Source: Candidatus Heimdallarchaeota archaeon (GTDB taxonomy: Archaea; Asgardarchaeota; Heimdallarchaeia; Heimdallarchaeales; Heimdallarchaeaceae). From it: a DNA stretch of 64,000 nt. Position 1 is the first letter of the stretch. Each line of letters opens with the position of its first letter. The stretch lies in the NCBI GenBank assembly GCA_019057815.1, contig JAHLWR010000004.1, forward strand, positions 64,001 to 128,000, written 5' to 3'. Under the pieces are notes generated by a model, which made no database searches, was not told the origin of the DNA, and saw only the letters and a list, made by a program, of their open reading frames with translations. The translations under genes and the position numbers were made by a program. Shown here in pieces: positions 21,281 through 32,201 of the stretch.

Positions 21281-22608
21281 ATCCTTTTTTCTACTTCTTC
21301 CATAACCCTTTCTTCATCATGTGATTCAAATTTTCTGTTTTCAGTAATTACTTTTCCATTAACTATTACATTCTCAACATCATTACCTTTCATTGAATAC
21401 GCAAAATGACTGATAATTGAATTATCAGAACTAATAGGCGTCAAATGAGGTTTCTTCAAGTTTATTGTTATAATATCAGCTAAAGTATTCTTTTCAAGAG
21501 TACCTATACCTGGCCAATGTAGTGTTTCCATCCCTCCAAGAGTTGCCATCTTGAATATCTGTGATGCTTTGATTACTGTAGAATCCTGAAGATATCCTTT
21601 GTAATATAATCCCAAATATCTTATAGTATCAAAAAGATCCAAAGTGTTATTGCTAGCTGGACCATCAGTACCTAGACCTAGAATACACTTCTTATCGATC
21701 ATTTCTTTAACTCTTGGCATTTTATTTCCAAGTTTTGAATTCGATACGGGATTTAGAGCTATTCCTACCTTATTCTGAGAGAGTAAGTCAATGTCTTTTT
21801 CTGTTAAATGAATGCAATGAGCTGCTAAAAGATGATCATCTAGTATACCAATTTCTTGGAAATATTCTACAATTGTTTTAACATTTGGAAAGTTTTCTCC
21901 ATGTTTTATATTAAAAGCGCGACATTGTTCCAATTCGTCTTTAGCTTCAGCCAAATGAGTATGCATAAGAACAAGCGGTTTATCTGGGTTTTTCTCATTA
22001 TATTCTTTTATTTTCAAGAAAGATTGTCTGTAATCCAAAGCTGTGGCAGTGTAGGGTGCATGAGGTGTTATATTTACTCGAATTAGTGAATCAGCTGTAT
22101 CATGATGCTCTTCAACCAATTTAAATGAATCAGAAAGATTTACTTTTTCAGTGAGTACAGGTGCTCCTATCATCCCTCTTAAACCCATATCTGCCATAGC
22201 AAGAGCTTCTTGTTCTGGATACCAATACATAGAAGAGGTGGTTGTAACGCCAGATAGGAGCGATTCTATAGCTCCAAGTTTTGCACCATAATACACATCA
22301 GTATCTGATAATTTTTCTTCAAGGGACCAAATATGATCTTTCAACCAAACTTCTAAAGGTAAATCGTCAGCAACTCCTCTAAATAATGTCATGGAAAGAT
22401 GAGTATGACAATTAACCAATCCTGGAAGAAGTAATTGATTATCATCACCGATAACATCATGTCCAGAAATATTCTGTTTGATTTTTTTAAAAGAATCGAT
22501 ATCTATTATTTGATTATCTTCAACTATAATTAAAGGGTCTTTTGTAAAAATTAGTTTCCCAGTTTGATCATAGTAAATTGCTAGTCTACCTCGGATAGCT
22601 AAATCCAT
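21259..22608 (-). CDS. Amidohydrolase, MTA/SAH deaminase-like
   Basis: PGLVNCHTH, PHAPYT, HTHLAE, AHC, LGTDGPASNN, ADII motifs. Confidence 0.9.
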   Translation of the reverse strand: MDLAIRGRLAIYYDQTGKLIFTKDPLIIVEDNQIIDIDSFKKIKQNISGHDVIGDDNQLLLPGLVNCHTHLSMTLFRGVADDLPLEVWLKDHIWSLEEKLSDTDVYYGAKLGAIESLLSGVTTTSSMYWYPEQEALAMADMGLRGMIGAPVLTEKVNLSDSFKLVEEHHDTADSLIRVNITPHAPYTATALDYRQSFLKIKEYNEKNPDKPLVLMHTHLAEAKDELEQCRAFNIKHGENFPNVKTIVEYFQEIGILDDHLLAAHCIHLTEKDIDLLSQNKVGIALNPVSNSKLGNKMPRVKEMIDKKCILGLGTDGPASNNTLDLFDTIRYLGLYYKGYLQDSTVIKASQIFKMATLGGMETLHWPGIGTLEKNTLADIITINLKKPHLTPISSDNSIISHFAYSMKGNDVENVIVNGKVITENRKFESHDEERVMEEVEKRIYRLLSE

Positions 22609-22638
22609 AAGAAAAAGAAAAAGTAATGATTTAAGAGT

Positions 22639-23730
22639 TTAATCCTCTGGAACTTCGTCAAATTCCATTATTCTTGGCTTACCATATGGGAAGTATTTTT
22701 CCACCAGTTCTGTTATCTCCTCTTGTCCCATTTGTGGTTCGAAATCATCCATTACATTACACAGAGCTTGACGAACTTGTACTGTTGGAAATTCACAATT
22801 CACAAAACCTACATAATCACCTTTTTTTTCCAGCATAAGAGAGTAATTTTCTAAATCTATTTCTCTAGGAAATACATCTTTGCCAATCAGGTGTCCTGCG
22901 AAGTTAGCAATAGCTGTAGCAACACCTGAAATCAAATGTTCATCAACATCATACTCAGCAATAAATAACCCTGCGTAAACACTCAATCCATTTGTGTCAA
23001 AAACGTGCACTGATAAAACTCTAGATGATCCATACATTGTTCTTTTACCCCCCCAGATCATCCCTATTCCTACCATTGAAGTTCCTATAGCTACGGTTAC
23101 AAGCTCTAAGTGTAAAATTGCTGGTACTTGCGCAACTGCATAAATCGCGTAAAAAATTCCACTAAGGAAGAAAGCTATAAATGCACCAATTATCATGAAG
23201 TTGATCACTTTTTTTTGTTGTTCCTCAACAAATTTCCTTTGACGCCCAAAGTAGTAAACCATTATTGTACCGGCGAATAGAACCAATCCCGCATCAAATA
23301 TTACCCAAACAATATGCGCTTCAGTAACTATGAAATCTAATTCTGTATTATAAGAAACATCATAAACAGCTTTTGCAAAAGTCATAGCTATTGTTCCACC
23401 GAAGAGCGTGAAAGCGAAAGCTACAGATTTAGAGTTTAAGGTTCTTCTTGCGCTCAAAACCCTAGCGAAAAGCACAGCAGCAATCATGGCAATCATACTA
23501 CACACAGTAGCGATTCGAGAGAAAATGAGAGCGGTACTTTCGTTACCTGGTTTACTAATCACTATTTGTACCAAATTAGAAGCTATCCATCCAATAAGTC
23601 CAAATAGAAGAATAAGAAAATAATAAACAGCGGAAGAAGCAAGTTCAAATTGCTTGATGACTACAATTACTATTACGCTGATAATAACAGCAAGGGAAAC
23701 AATACAGTAAACTAATGACAGAATATTCAT
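22639..23730 (-). CDS. 7TM membrane protein with a C-terminal longin/roadblock-like cytoplasmic domain
   Basis: Seven hydrophobic segments, then VHVFDTNGLSVY...DEHLISGVATAIANFA...REIDLENYSLMLEK, the pattern of Asgard longin-like domains. Confidence 0.65.
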   Translation of the reverse strand: MNILSLVYCIVSLAVIISVIVIVVIKQFELASSAVYYFLILLFGLIGWIASNLVQIVISKPGNESTALIFSRIATVCSMIAMIAAVLFARVLSARRTLNSKSVAFAFTLFGGTIAMTFAKAVYDVSYNTELDFIVTEAHIVWVIFDAGLVLFAGTIMVYYFGRQRKFVEEQQKKVINFMIIGAFIAFFLSGIFYAIYAVAQVPAILHLELVTVAIGTSMVGIGMIWGGKRTMYGSSRVLSVHVFDTNGLSVYAGLFIAEYDVDEHLISGVATAIANFAGHLIGKDVFPREIDLENYSLMLEKKGDYVGFVNCEFPTVQVRQALCNVMDDFEPQMGQEEITELVEKYFPYGKPRIMEFDEVPED

Positions 23731-23840
23731 CTTGTAATGTATTTTCTTAGTTTAATTTAAACTTAATGCAGAAATTAGAAAAGTTGGTTTTAATGGTAAT
23801 ATCTAGACATTCTAAATCCTCTTTATTGAACAAAACATTG

Positions 23841-24911
23841 TTATTCCTCTTTGTAATATTTTTGAGGTCGATAAGGGTATATATAGATTTCTAGATTGCA
23901 GTTAGGGCATTTGAAATCTTTTGTGATATTCGTGTAAGTTATAGTAAACTGATCTCTTCTGTATATAAGTTCAGAGCATTTCGAACAATATGTGTTTTGT
24001 AGAGGATGTCCAGGTATATTGCCTATGTAAACATATTCTAAACCTAGCTTCTTGGCTAATGAATGCACTTCCTGCAAAGTAGAAGTGGGTGTTTTTGGAA
24101 TAGAGTATAGATATGAAGGTGAATATCCCGTAAAGTGAACAGGTATAGTAGGGGAAAGTTCATTCTTTATTCTATTAACAAATTCTTCAATTTGCTCAAC
24201 TTCATCATTTAGTGTGGGGATAACTAGATAAACAAGTTCAATGTGAACTTCTTTTTCAGATGCATATTTGATATTTTCCCAGATGTAATCGCTATTTATC
24301 TGCAAGTGTTGATTCATAACGTCTTTTGAACCTTTAAAACTAACAGTCATAGAGTTTAATCCTGAATCTATAAGCATTGTTAAAGCATCTTTAGTCATAT
24401 ATCCATTAGTAACATATTGCTTGAAATAACTAGAATCTAGCTGCTGCATAACATCAATAGAAAATTCTAAAGATAAGGTGGGCTCATTGAAAGAGAAAGA
24501 TATTCCTTCGATTATAGAGTTACTTTTCATGCTCTCAATAACCTTTTCAGGATCTAAAATACTCGAAAATTTGTAGTTCTCCGGAGGTGGTCTTTTTGAA
24601 ATATCGAAGTTCTGGCACCAATCACAAGGAAAATTACACCCCCAAGAACCTATAGTAAAAGCCATTTGGCTAGGGAAAAAGTGGTATGCTGGTTTCTTCT
24701 CTACTGGGTTTACAGAGTAACTTGATACATCTCCATATGATAAAGTGTAAAGTTTACCATCTATATTTTTTCTTGTTTTACAAAAACCCTCCTGATCTTT
24801 CTTAAGAACACATTGTCTTCTACAAGTATTACATTGAACATCATCATTATCTAAGCACTCGTAGAGATAGGCTTCTTTTATCCGAGGATCATCTGAAATC
24901 AAGTGTTTCAA
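23841..24911 (-). CDS. amrS: AmmeMemoRadiSam system radical SAM enzyme
   Basis: N-terminal CxxCxxxC..GFC, PVEKKP.YHF.P, GCNFPCDWCQN, YVYIGN..G...NTYCxxC. Confidence 0.9.
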   Translation of the reverse strand: MKHLISDDPRIKEAYLYECLDNDDVQCNTCRRQCVLKKDQEGFCKTRKNIDGKLYTLSYGDVSSYSVNPVEKKPAYHFFPSQMAFTIGSWGCNFPCDWCQNFDISKRPPPENYKFSSILDPEKVIESMKSNSIIEGISFSFNEPTLSLEFSIDVMQQLDSSYFKQYVTNGYMTKDALTMLIDSGLNSMTVSFKGSKDVMNQHLQINSDYIWENIKYASEKEVHIELVYLVIPTLNDEVEQIEEFVNRIKNELSPTIPVHFTGYSPSYLYSIPKTPTSTLQEVHSLAKKLGLEYVYIGNIPGHPLQNTYCSKCSELIYRRDQFTITYTNITKDFKCPNCNLEIYIYPYRPQKYYKEE

Positions 24912-24992
24912 GTAATTAAATCAGCTACTTTTATTTTATACTTTTTGCAAAGAATTTGAAGCAATATACGAAATCAAAGGAGAAGAAAGAGA

Positions 24993-26471
24993 TTAGAGTT
25001 CTAAAAGGGCTCTTAATATAGGTAAGAATATACCTAAAGATGCGAGAATTTTTGGTCCCCAAGATTGAAGGTAGAATTTGATACCTTTCACAACTCTAAG
25101 ATTGAAAATCTGTGTTTCTATTGGGGCATCAGCTGTAGAGAAATCAATAGCTATTAAATTCGTTCCTATGTTCTCTGAATGGACAGAAATCCAAATTCCA
25201 GTTCCTTGATATAAGATTCCTGTAACCAACTTTACAAAAAGTCTTTTTTGTTGTGTCAATAAGCTATCTGTTTCTTTAGGTATGGTTACAAAATCGTCAT
25301 AAGGGATTAATTCGAAATCTATTTCAAAATCATGTGGTGATAGTTCATCTGCACCATTGAATCTCATAGTTATTTTCTGAGGGTTAGGGTCACCTCTTTT
25401 ACGGTTAAATAGAAGGAAGACTATATCTTGAGTCTCATCTTTCTTCTGAGTTGGAGGAACAGCTGAAGTGATCCAGAAGTCTTTTGAATCTATTATTTCT
25501 GGAGTTTCTCTTAATGTAAGAACAATTCGGTCTACTATTAAGAATACTTCTTTAGTTTCTTTTGTTAAATGTTCAAAGATATCCATCCATCGTTCAATGT
25601 TCAGTTGTTCTCCTCCCATGATGTAATCAACTTTATTTTCAGGGACTATTCTTAGCAACTCGTTCCTCAAAGTATCTATATCCATTACATCGGGGAGTCG
25701 AAAATGTAAATAAAGTAAGACAAGGATATTTTGAACAGCAATCCTTTGTCGTTTTACAGGAGGTTGTATTACTGGAGCAAAATCGATTTCTAAAGAGTCA
25801 GAGATTCTTTCGCACTATTTTATGAAATAAACTCTTGTGATAGGATCCAAAAGAGTATAAATTGAATCTGAAAAAAGAGATTCCAAAACATAAGGATGCC
25901 TTGATACAACATAATATCTAACCATAGTTCCCACTTTTAAACCTGAGATAGAGGGAATCCTGATAGCTATAGCAGCTGCAATTGTAAAAATCATACTACT
26001 TACAGAAAGATAAAGAGAGATCATTGAAACTGAATCAGCAGCTGAATCAGACAAGTTAAGGAACTTTGCTACGCTTTCCACTCCCCAGATTGAAAGAGTG
26101 AATATAGCCCATGAAAGAAGCGCGAAAAAAGAGATTATAAAAAGATAAAAATTACTTGCTTTATATTTTCGTTCAAGGTTCCTGAAACCCGCAGCAGAAT
26201 TGATTGGTGTGCCTTCTTTAGTTAATTTGTTAACTTCAGCATCAAAAGAAAGAGTTACTAGAATTGCGTTGAAGGCTAATATGAAACTGTTAAATACAAA
26301 ACCTACAAAAACTAAATTAACCCAATTGAAGAAAGTTTCACCTTCAAAATTAGCTGGATTAAAGGTGGATAAAGCTAATCCTACAACAATTACAACTGGT
26401 AAGATAAAAGTCAAACTAAAACCTATGAATCTTGAGTAGAAATTAATGATTCTTGCAAATGTTCTAGACAT
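24993..26471 (-). pseudogene. Membrane protein gene split by a single in-frame TAG (25815-25817)
   Basis: ORFs 25815-26471 and 24993-25685 are in the same frame and the 43 codons between them are open (..YFIK*CERISDSL..). Confidence 0.75.
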
Positions 26472-26635
26472 TGAAAAATGATTAGAGTTAACAAATATAT
26501 ATTTTGCCTAAAATAAATGAATCTACCAAAGAGATGTCAATAAATCTATTTTACTATTTTTCTATCTTTTTCTCATTTTTATAATTTTAAATAGAAAAAA
26601 TTATAACGACACATATTTAATCACAAAAGAGCAAT

Positions 26636-27442
26636 ATGGACGAGTATATGGAGAAAAATCTCAAACGATGGAATGAAACATCTCAAATGCACGCAAAGTC
26701 CAAAGAGTATGATCTTGTAGGTTTCATAAAAGGTAGGAATAGTCTCTCTTCAATAGAGCTTAAAGCCTTGGGTAATGTTTCAGGAAAAACTCTTCTCCAC
26801 TTACAATGCCAATTCGGGATGGACACCTTATCTTGGGCTAGATTAGGTGCACAAGTAACAGGGGTGGATTTTTCAGATGTGGCAATAGATTTAGCAAATT
26901 CTATCAATGAAAAGTTAAAACTTCCAGCTAAATTTATCTGTACAAACATATATGATCTTCCTAAAGTTCTAGATGAACAGTTTGATGTCGTTTTCACTTC
27001 TTATGGTGTTCTTACTTGGTTACCTAACATCAAAAAATGGGCAGAAATTGTTTCCAAGTACCTCAAACCAAGTGGAATGTTCCTTATTGCAGAAATTCAT
27101 CCATTTACAGGAGTATTTGATGATGAACATCCATCAGAGTTAGTTTACAAATATCCTTATTTTCATAAAAAAACTCCAATGCATTTCAAATCTGAGTATA
27201 CTTATACTGACTCAGAGAAATTAGTAGAAAATGTAGATATGTACGAATGGCAACATAGTTTTTCAGATATTTTAGATTCTTTAATAAACGCTGGTCTTAC
27301 AATTCTACAAGTAAAAGAATATCCTTATACTTGCTTCCAACAATTCCCTTTTTCGAAGAAATGCGAAGATGGATTCTGGCGAATAGAGGATAATAAGTAT
27401 GAGATTCCACTAATGTTTTCAATAAAAGCTACTAAAAAGTAA
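26636..27442 (+). CDS. Class I SAM-dependent methyltransferase
   Basis: LLHLQCQFGMD, VTGVDFS, FDVVFTSYGVL.W motifs. Confidence 0.9.
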   Translation: MDEYMEKNLKRWNETSQMHAKSKEYDLVGFIKGRNSLSSIELKALGNVSGKTLLHLQCQFGMDTLSWARLGAQVTGVDFSDVAIDLANSINEKLKLPAKFICTNIYDLPKVLDEQFDVVFTSYGVLTWLPNIKKWAEIVSKYLKPSGMFLIAEIHPFTGVFDDEHPSELVYKYPYFHKKTPMHFKSEYTYTDSEKLVENVDMYEWQHSFSDILDSLINAGLTILQVKEYPYTCFQQFPFSKKCEDGFWRIEDNKYEIPLMFSIKATKK

Positions 27443-27526
27443 AGTGTTACTTTCATTAATATCTTACTAGATTTAAATGAGATAAAGTTTTAAGTGTAGT
27501 TTTTTGTTTTGTATTGGTCTTATGCG

Positions 27527-28192
27527 ATGTCGTATATCTTAATGAGAATATTTGAATCCTCCCCTAATAGATATGATAAGGGAATAGATATTCTTACATT
27601 AGGTAAAATGAGTAGAGTTTACAATAGAGTTATTGAACATATCAAAAAAGATCATAAAGTCCTTGATATAGGGTGTGGAACTGGAAGATTAGCACTACAA
27701 GCAGCTCTAAAAGGTGCAAAGGTTAAAGGTATAGACATCAATTCCCAGATGTTAGAAATAGCTAGAAAGCGTTGTAAAGAATTAAATTTAGTAGAAAAAG
27801 TCGATTTTGTTGAAATGGGAGTTGCAGAGTTAAATTCAGAATCGGATAATAGTTTTGATGTTGTGATGAGCACGTTATGTTTTTCAGAATTAAGCAATTT
27901 TGAGATCGATTACGCACTAATAGAAATCAGAAGGATTCTAAAACAAGATGGACTTCTACTGATTGCTGATGAAAATAAATCCAATAAAACTATCAAGAAA
28001 ATTATAAATTTCTCTTTAAAATTACCTTTGATTATTATTACTTATTTATTATCACAAACTACAACTAAGGCTGTAAAACAGCTTGAAAAAAGAGTAGAAG
28101 AGAAAGGTTTGAAATTGATATCAATTAAAAAAACATTCTTGGAGAATTTTATTGAAATAATAGCTCAAAAAGAAGGAAGCACTAATGAGTAG
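27527..28192 (+). CDS. cpaM: Corrinoid protein-associated methyltransferase CpaM-like
   Basis: MSYILMRIFES.P.RYD.GI N-terminus, VLDIGCGTG, STLCFSEL; directly upstream of and overlapping an HgcAB-like fusion. Confidence 0.75.
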   Translation: MSYILMRIFESSPNRYDKGIDILTLGKMSRVYNRVIEHIKKDHKVLDIGCGTGRLALQAALKGAKVKGIDINSQMLEIARKRCKELNLVEKVDFVEMGVAELNSESDNSFDVVMSTLCFSELSNFEIDYALIEIRRILKQDGLLLIADENKSNKTIKKIINFSLKLPLIIITYLLSQTTTKAVKQLEKRVEEKGLKLISIKKTFLENFIEIIAQKEGSTNE

Positions 28193-29396
28193 AAAATATA
28201 TCAGTTGGGTAAATTACGTCATAATTAATGTTCTAGAAACTTTTATTCGATTCTTTCCATTTCCAACAAAAGTTGGAATAAATGAAATAGGGAAACCGAA
28301 TGAAGACTCACCTGTTTTTCTAACCGTGAATTATCATCTAACAGTTTTTAGAGTAAAAAGAGCTTTGAGGGGAGTTGATTGCTACTTACTAGTAGCAAAT
28401 AGTAAAGGCGTAAATGTTTGGTGTGCAGCAGCTGGAGGTCTTTTTACAGATCATGATGTTATTTCTATAATTAAAACTAGTGGGATAGAAGAAAAAGTTA
28501 AGCATAAAAAAGTGATACTTCCACAATTTGCAGCTGTTGGAGTGGAATCAAAAATAATTAGTAAAAAAACTGGTTGGAAAGTAATCTGGGGACCTGTTTA
28601 CGCTACTGATATTCCAAAATTCCTCGAAAAGAATTTCAAAAAAGAATCTTCTATGAAAAAAGTGAATTTCAATATAATACAGAGGGTTGAGATGGCTGTA
28701 GCTTGGGCTTTTCCAATATCTTTAATCATGGCAATTCCGTTTTTCATTTTTTGGTTAAAAGAAACACCTTATTTATTTGCAGAAGTATGGATTATGGCTT
28801 TGATTATATTTATTACATTTCCGATTTATGGTGATTGGTTATCAAACTATAAGAAAGGACGAGTTTCAAGAAACATTAGTAAAAAATTAATCTTAATCTG
28901 CATTTTCTGGGTGATTGGAGTACTACAATTTGTTGTAATTCTCACTCTATTAGAAAATAGGGATTGGATACAGTATGTTAAATGGGCTGCAGTGGTATTA
29001 ATCACAGTATTAGTTCTAGTTCTTGATTTGATGGGAAGCACTCCTATTTTCAAAAGTGATACTCATGAGGATAGGTTGTTGAAAGTTGTACTCGATAAGG
29101 AAAAATGCAAAGGAACCAATATCTGTGTAGATGTTTGTCCAAGAAATTGTTACGAACTTGATAAAGAAAGAAAAGTAATGACAATGCCACATCCTGAACG
29201 CTGTGTTCAATGTGGAGCATGTATTGTTCAATGTCCATATGATGCACTCTACTTCGAAAATACGAAAAAAGAAATAATAACTCCTGATATAGTAAGAAAA
29301 TATAAGCTTAATCTAATGGGAAAGCGTGAATATTGCTGTTTACCCTGTGCAATAAGTGATAATATAATAAATAGTAAGCATGAAAAAGATACATAA
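28185..29396 (+). CDS. hgcAB: HgcAB-like fusion: corrinoid-binding domain + TM region + ferredoxin domain
   Basis: G.P...SPVFLT.NY.LT, cap helix GVNVWCAAAGG, LPQ.AA.GV, WGPV.A.DIP, TM helices, CKGTNICVDVCP and CVQCGACIVQCP. Confidence 0.88.
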   Translation: MSRKYISWVNYVIINVLETFIRFFPFPTKVGINEIGKPNEDSPVFLTVNYHLTVFRVKRALRGVDCYLLVANSKGVNVWCAAAGGLFTDHDVISIIKTSGIEEKVKHKKVILPQFAAVGVESKIISKKTGWKVIWGPVYATDIPKFLEKNFKKESSMKKVNFNIIQRVEMAVAWAFPISLIMAIPFFIFWLKETPYLFAEVWIMALIIFITFPIYGDWLSNYKKGRVSRNISKKLILICIFWVIGVLQFVVILTLLENRDWIQYVKWAAVVLITVLVLVLDLMGSTPIFKSDTHEDRLLKVVLDKEKCKGTNICVDVCPRNCYELDKERKVMTMPHPERCVQCGACIVQCPYDALYFENTKKEIITPDIVRKYKLNLMGKREYCCLPCAISDNIINSKHEKDT

Positions 29397-29418
29397 GTGT
29401 TTTAATATTTGTAACCTC

Positions 29419-30306
29419 ATGTCAGATTATATTATTAAAAGTTATCAAGAAGATTTTATAGAAGAACAAGTAGCAGTAGGAACAGAGGTTCTAAAAGATT
29501 GGAGATTTTTCGGTCAAACATCAGCTGAAAGATTGAAAGAAACCTATTCAGCTGAGGACTTTGATCCAGAAACTAGGATTTACTGCTTCAAAGATGAAAA
29601 GATGGTAGGTTTTCTTACTGCTGCAGTAAGAGAAGTTGATGGAAAAAAACTTGGCTTCTTAAGATTTCCATACGTACTTCCAGAACATGAAAAAGTTGCA
29701 GATTTACTTTTTGAGAGAATTGAACAAGTTTTCAAGAAAAAAGGTATTAGCAAACTTCAAGGAGTAGCGGGAGAAATATGGGGAAGCACAATTGAACAAT
29801 CAAAGAAATGGGGTTTTAAAGAAATGGGAAATAGTTTCTCAGTATATACTCTAGATGTAAGTTCTGCTTCAGTCGACGCTAAGAATCAAGAAGATATTGT
29901 TGAATTTGAACATACTAGAGATGTTGAAAAGATGATTGAAATTTTCATGAATGAGTATGGACAATCAAGAGAAGCAGCTGAGTTAAATTTCAAAACTATA
30001 AAAGAATATGAAGGACCATTTATAGCTCACTATGTTGTTCATAAGGATGATACAATTGTTGCTAGAGCTTTTGCTCACGTAGCTGACCCAGAAGATCCAA
30101 CAATTGCGAATCAGGGAAACATGTATATAACTGACGAATCTTATCGCCAACCATTACAAGCTAAACTCATTAACAGCTGCAAAGAAGCTAAAATTAAAAC
30201 CCTACAAACGTATTTCAACCCACAGACCCAACATCTTATTGAGGCATCCGAGAAATTAGGTTTCAAATGCTCTGTAGAAACAAAACTCTTTGAAAAAGAA
30301 ATATAA
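29419..30306 (+). CDS. Tandem GNAT-fold acetyltransferase-like protein
   Basis: Two GNAT-like halves ending in KWGFK and KLGFK. Start moved to MSDYII. Confidence 0.65.
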   Translation: MSDYIIKSYQEDFIEEQVAVGTEVLKDWRFFGQTSAERLKETYSAEDFDPETRIYCFKDEKMVGFLTAAVREVDGKKLGFLRFPYVLPEHEKVADLLFERIEQVFKKKGISKLQGVAGEIWGSTIEQSKKWGFKEMGNSFSVYTLDVSSASVDAKNQEDIVEFEHTRDVEKMIEIFMNEYGQSREAAELNFKTIKEYEGPFIAHYVVHKDDTIVARAFAHVADPEDPTIANQGNMYITDESYRQPLQAKLINSCKEAKIKTLQTYFNPQTQHLIEASEKLGFKCSVETKLFEKEI

Positions 30307-30320
30307 GAATCTTTTTCATT

Positions 30321-32201
30321 TTACTCCTTTTTTGCATATGTCATAATAAATTCTTTTAATATTTCACTACTGGAATTCTCTTCTGGATCTGTTATATTCA
30401 CAGTTTTCAGACTAGTTTTCTTTAGTTGGAAAGTGTTAAAAGAGAAAGGAATAAGATCATTGTAATTATATGAAGGAACGGTAATTGAAGAGTTATAGAT
30501 GCTGTTTGTATAAACAGTGTTGTTAGCAACATAAAATGTTTCATTGTTCCATAAAGAATCCCCAGTATTTGGATTTGCTTCAAATCTAGGGAAGTTCGAG
30601 CTGGAGATGTCAATGCCAATCTTGTGATTTTCATTAAACAAGTATGCTGTGCTTTCTAGAGGGATTGAGAGAGTATATACTGTATCATTAGTTAGGAAAT
30701 CCCATTCTGATAAACTATTTCTGTTTCTAGCCCTTAAGACTGTGTCTGTAATAAGCATTGATGTTCCATCTGGGTAAACATCTGTTAGTTTCACAGTAAA
30801 ATCTGTATCAGTGCAATTTGAGCTTATGAAGAGTTGCACTTCTATTTTTCCTAGAACTACTAAAGGATTTTTAAGAACAGGAGAAGTAAAGACTAAGACA
30901 TCGTCTCTAAGTTCAACTTCTTGTTGATCGTAAGCTCCTCGATCAAGGTTTAGATTACCCCCACCGTTAGTTGGTACAGGATTAGAAGGATCATATAAAT
31001 ATGATATAAAACCTTCTGATTCACTAGGAGGAGTAGAGAGTAAACTTTGGTTAGGGTAGAAATAGTAATTGATATTTTCAGTTTCTAATGGCCAATCATT
31101 TGCTTGAAACCAATTATTACCAAGAGAACTTGGGTTATAGTCAATAGAGCTCATCAAATAGAAAGAAACAGTAGGTAACATATCCCAAAGGGTAGAGTTG
31201 CTGTTCAACCATTTATCGAATAAAGCATCTGTAAGACTGAAAATTGTGCTGAAATCTTGATTGGGATAGTCTAGTAAACCAGTTCTTTCTCCAAACATCC
31301 CTCCATGAACCCACGGTCCCATTACTAGTTTAGAATTACCTGCTGCTCCTACACCACCTTGATACTGATACCCTTGAAATGCTTCTATTGGACCATCAAC
31401 GAAAATATCATACCACCCACCAACATGAAGAGCTGGAGAATGTATGTCAGAGAAAATGTCCACAATACTTCCATCATTCCAGATTCCATTAGGCTTCTCA
31501 TTCTGCTTAATTATTTCAAGACTGTCTTCTGAGAAACCTTGCTGATCTAACCATGGTAAAATAAGCTCTCTCCTTAATTGTCCTCCTGTAAAAACTGCAT
31601 CATAACTATTAGGAGTGGCAACTATGGGAAGTTGGCATTTCAGAACTTCTGGTGCGTCGGGAGCTAATAAATATTGAGCGATACCTAAAGCTGAAGGTCC
31701 CCATGTACCAACACGACCGTTACACCATGCTTGTTCAGCAATCCAAAGTAAAATGTCATGCCCATCAGCTTTTTCTGTTAGAAAAGGTAAATCTACATAC
31801 CCTTCTGATTCTCCAAAACCTCTCATGTCTTGAATTATAATAATATGGCCTTTGAAAATAAAGCTAGCAAGAAATGAAAATATGTTTTTATCATATGGAG
31901 TTCGGATAAGTATAACAGAAGCAGGTTCAGAAAGATCCAATGGAACGAGAACATCTGTTGCTAGCTTAATTCCATCCCTCATTGGAACCATAAATGGAAC
32001 CTTAGAGTAGTAGGTGAATGATGTACTATTTGAGGGGAAGTCACCATTAAAAAAGGTATAATCTTCATGTTTGTCTGAGACAAAGACAACTATAAGAGTA
32101 ATAGTTGCACCGATAACTATCAAGCCTATTAATGTTAAAGCTAAGAACTTTTTCACATATAAATTGAAAAATGATGGTTTATATAACTTCTCAAAAGTCA
32201 A
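30321..32201 (-). CDS. CocE/NonD family serine hydrolase, N-terminally anchored
   Basis: VPMRDGIKLATD, RTPY, QDMRG, GPSALG nucleophile elbow, GGWYD, GPWVH, SSSNFPRF. Confidence 0.92.
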   Translation of the reverse strand: MTFEKLYKPSFFNLYVKKFLALTLIGLIVIGATITLIVVFVSDKHEDYTFFNGDFPSNSTSFTYYSKVPFMVPMRDGIKLATDVLVPLDLSEPASVILIRTPYDKNIFSFLASFIFKGHIIIIQDMRGFGESEGYVDLPFLTEKADGHDILLWIAEQAWCNGRVGTWGPSALGIAQYLLAPDAPEVLKCQLPIVATPNSYDAVFTGGQLRRELILPWLDQQGFSEDSLEIIKQNEKPNGIWNDGSIVDIFSDIHSPALHVGGWYDIFVDGPIEAFQGYQYQGGVGAAGNSKLVMGPWVHGGMFGERTGLLDYPNQDFSTIFSLTDALFDKWLNSNSTLWDMLPTVSFYLMSSIDYNPSSLGNNWFQANDWPLETENINYYFYPNQSLLSTPPSESEGFISYLYDPSNPVPTNGGGNLNLDRGAYDQQEVELRDDVLVFTSPVLKNPLVVLGKIEVQLFISSNCTDTDFTVKLTDVYPDGTSMLITDTVLRARNRNSLSEWDFLTNDTVYTLSIPLESTAYLFNENHKIGIDISSSNFPRFEANPNTGDSLWNNETFYVANNTVYTNSIYNSSITVPSYNYNDLIPFSFNTFQLKKTSLKTVNITDPEENSSSEILKEFIMTYAKKE

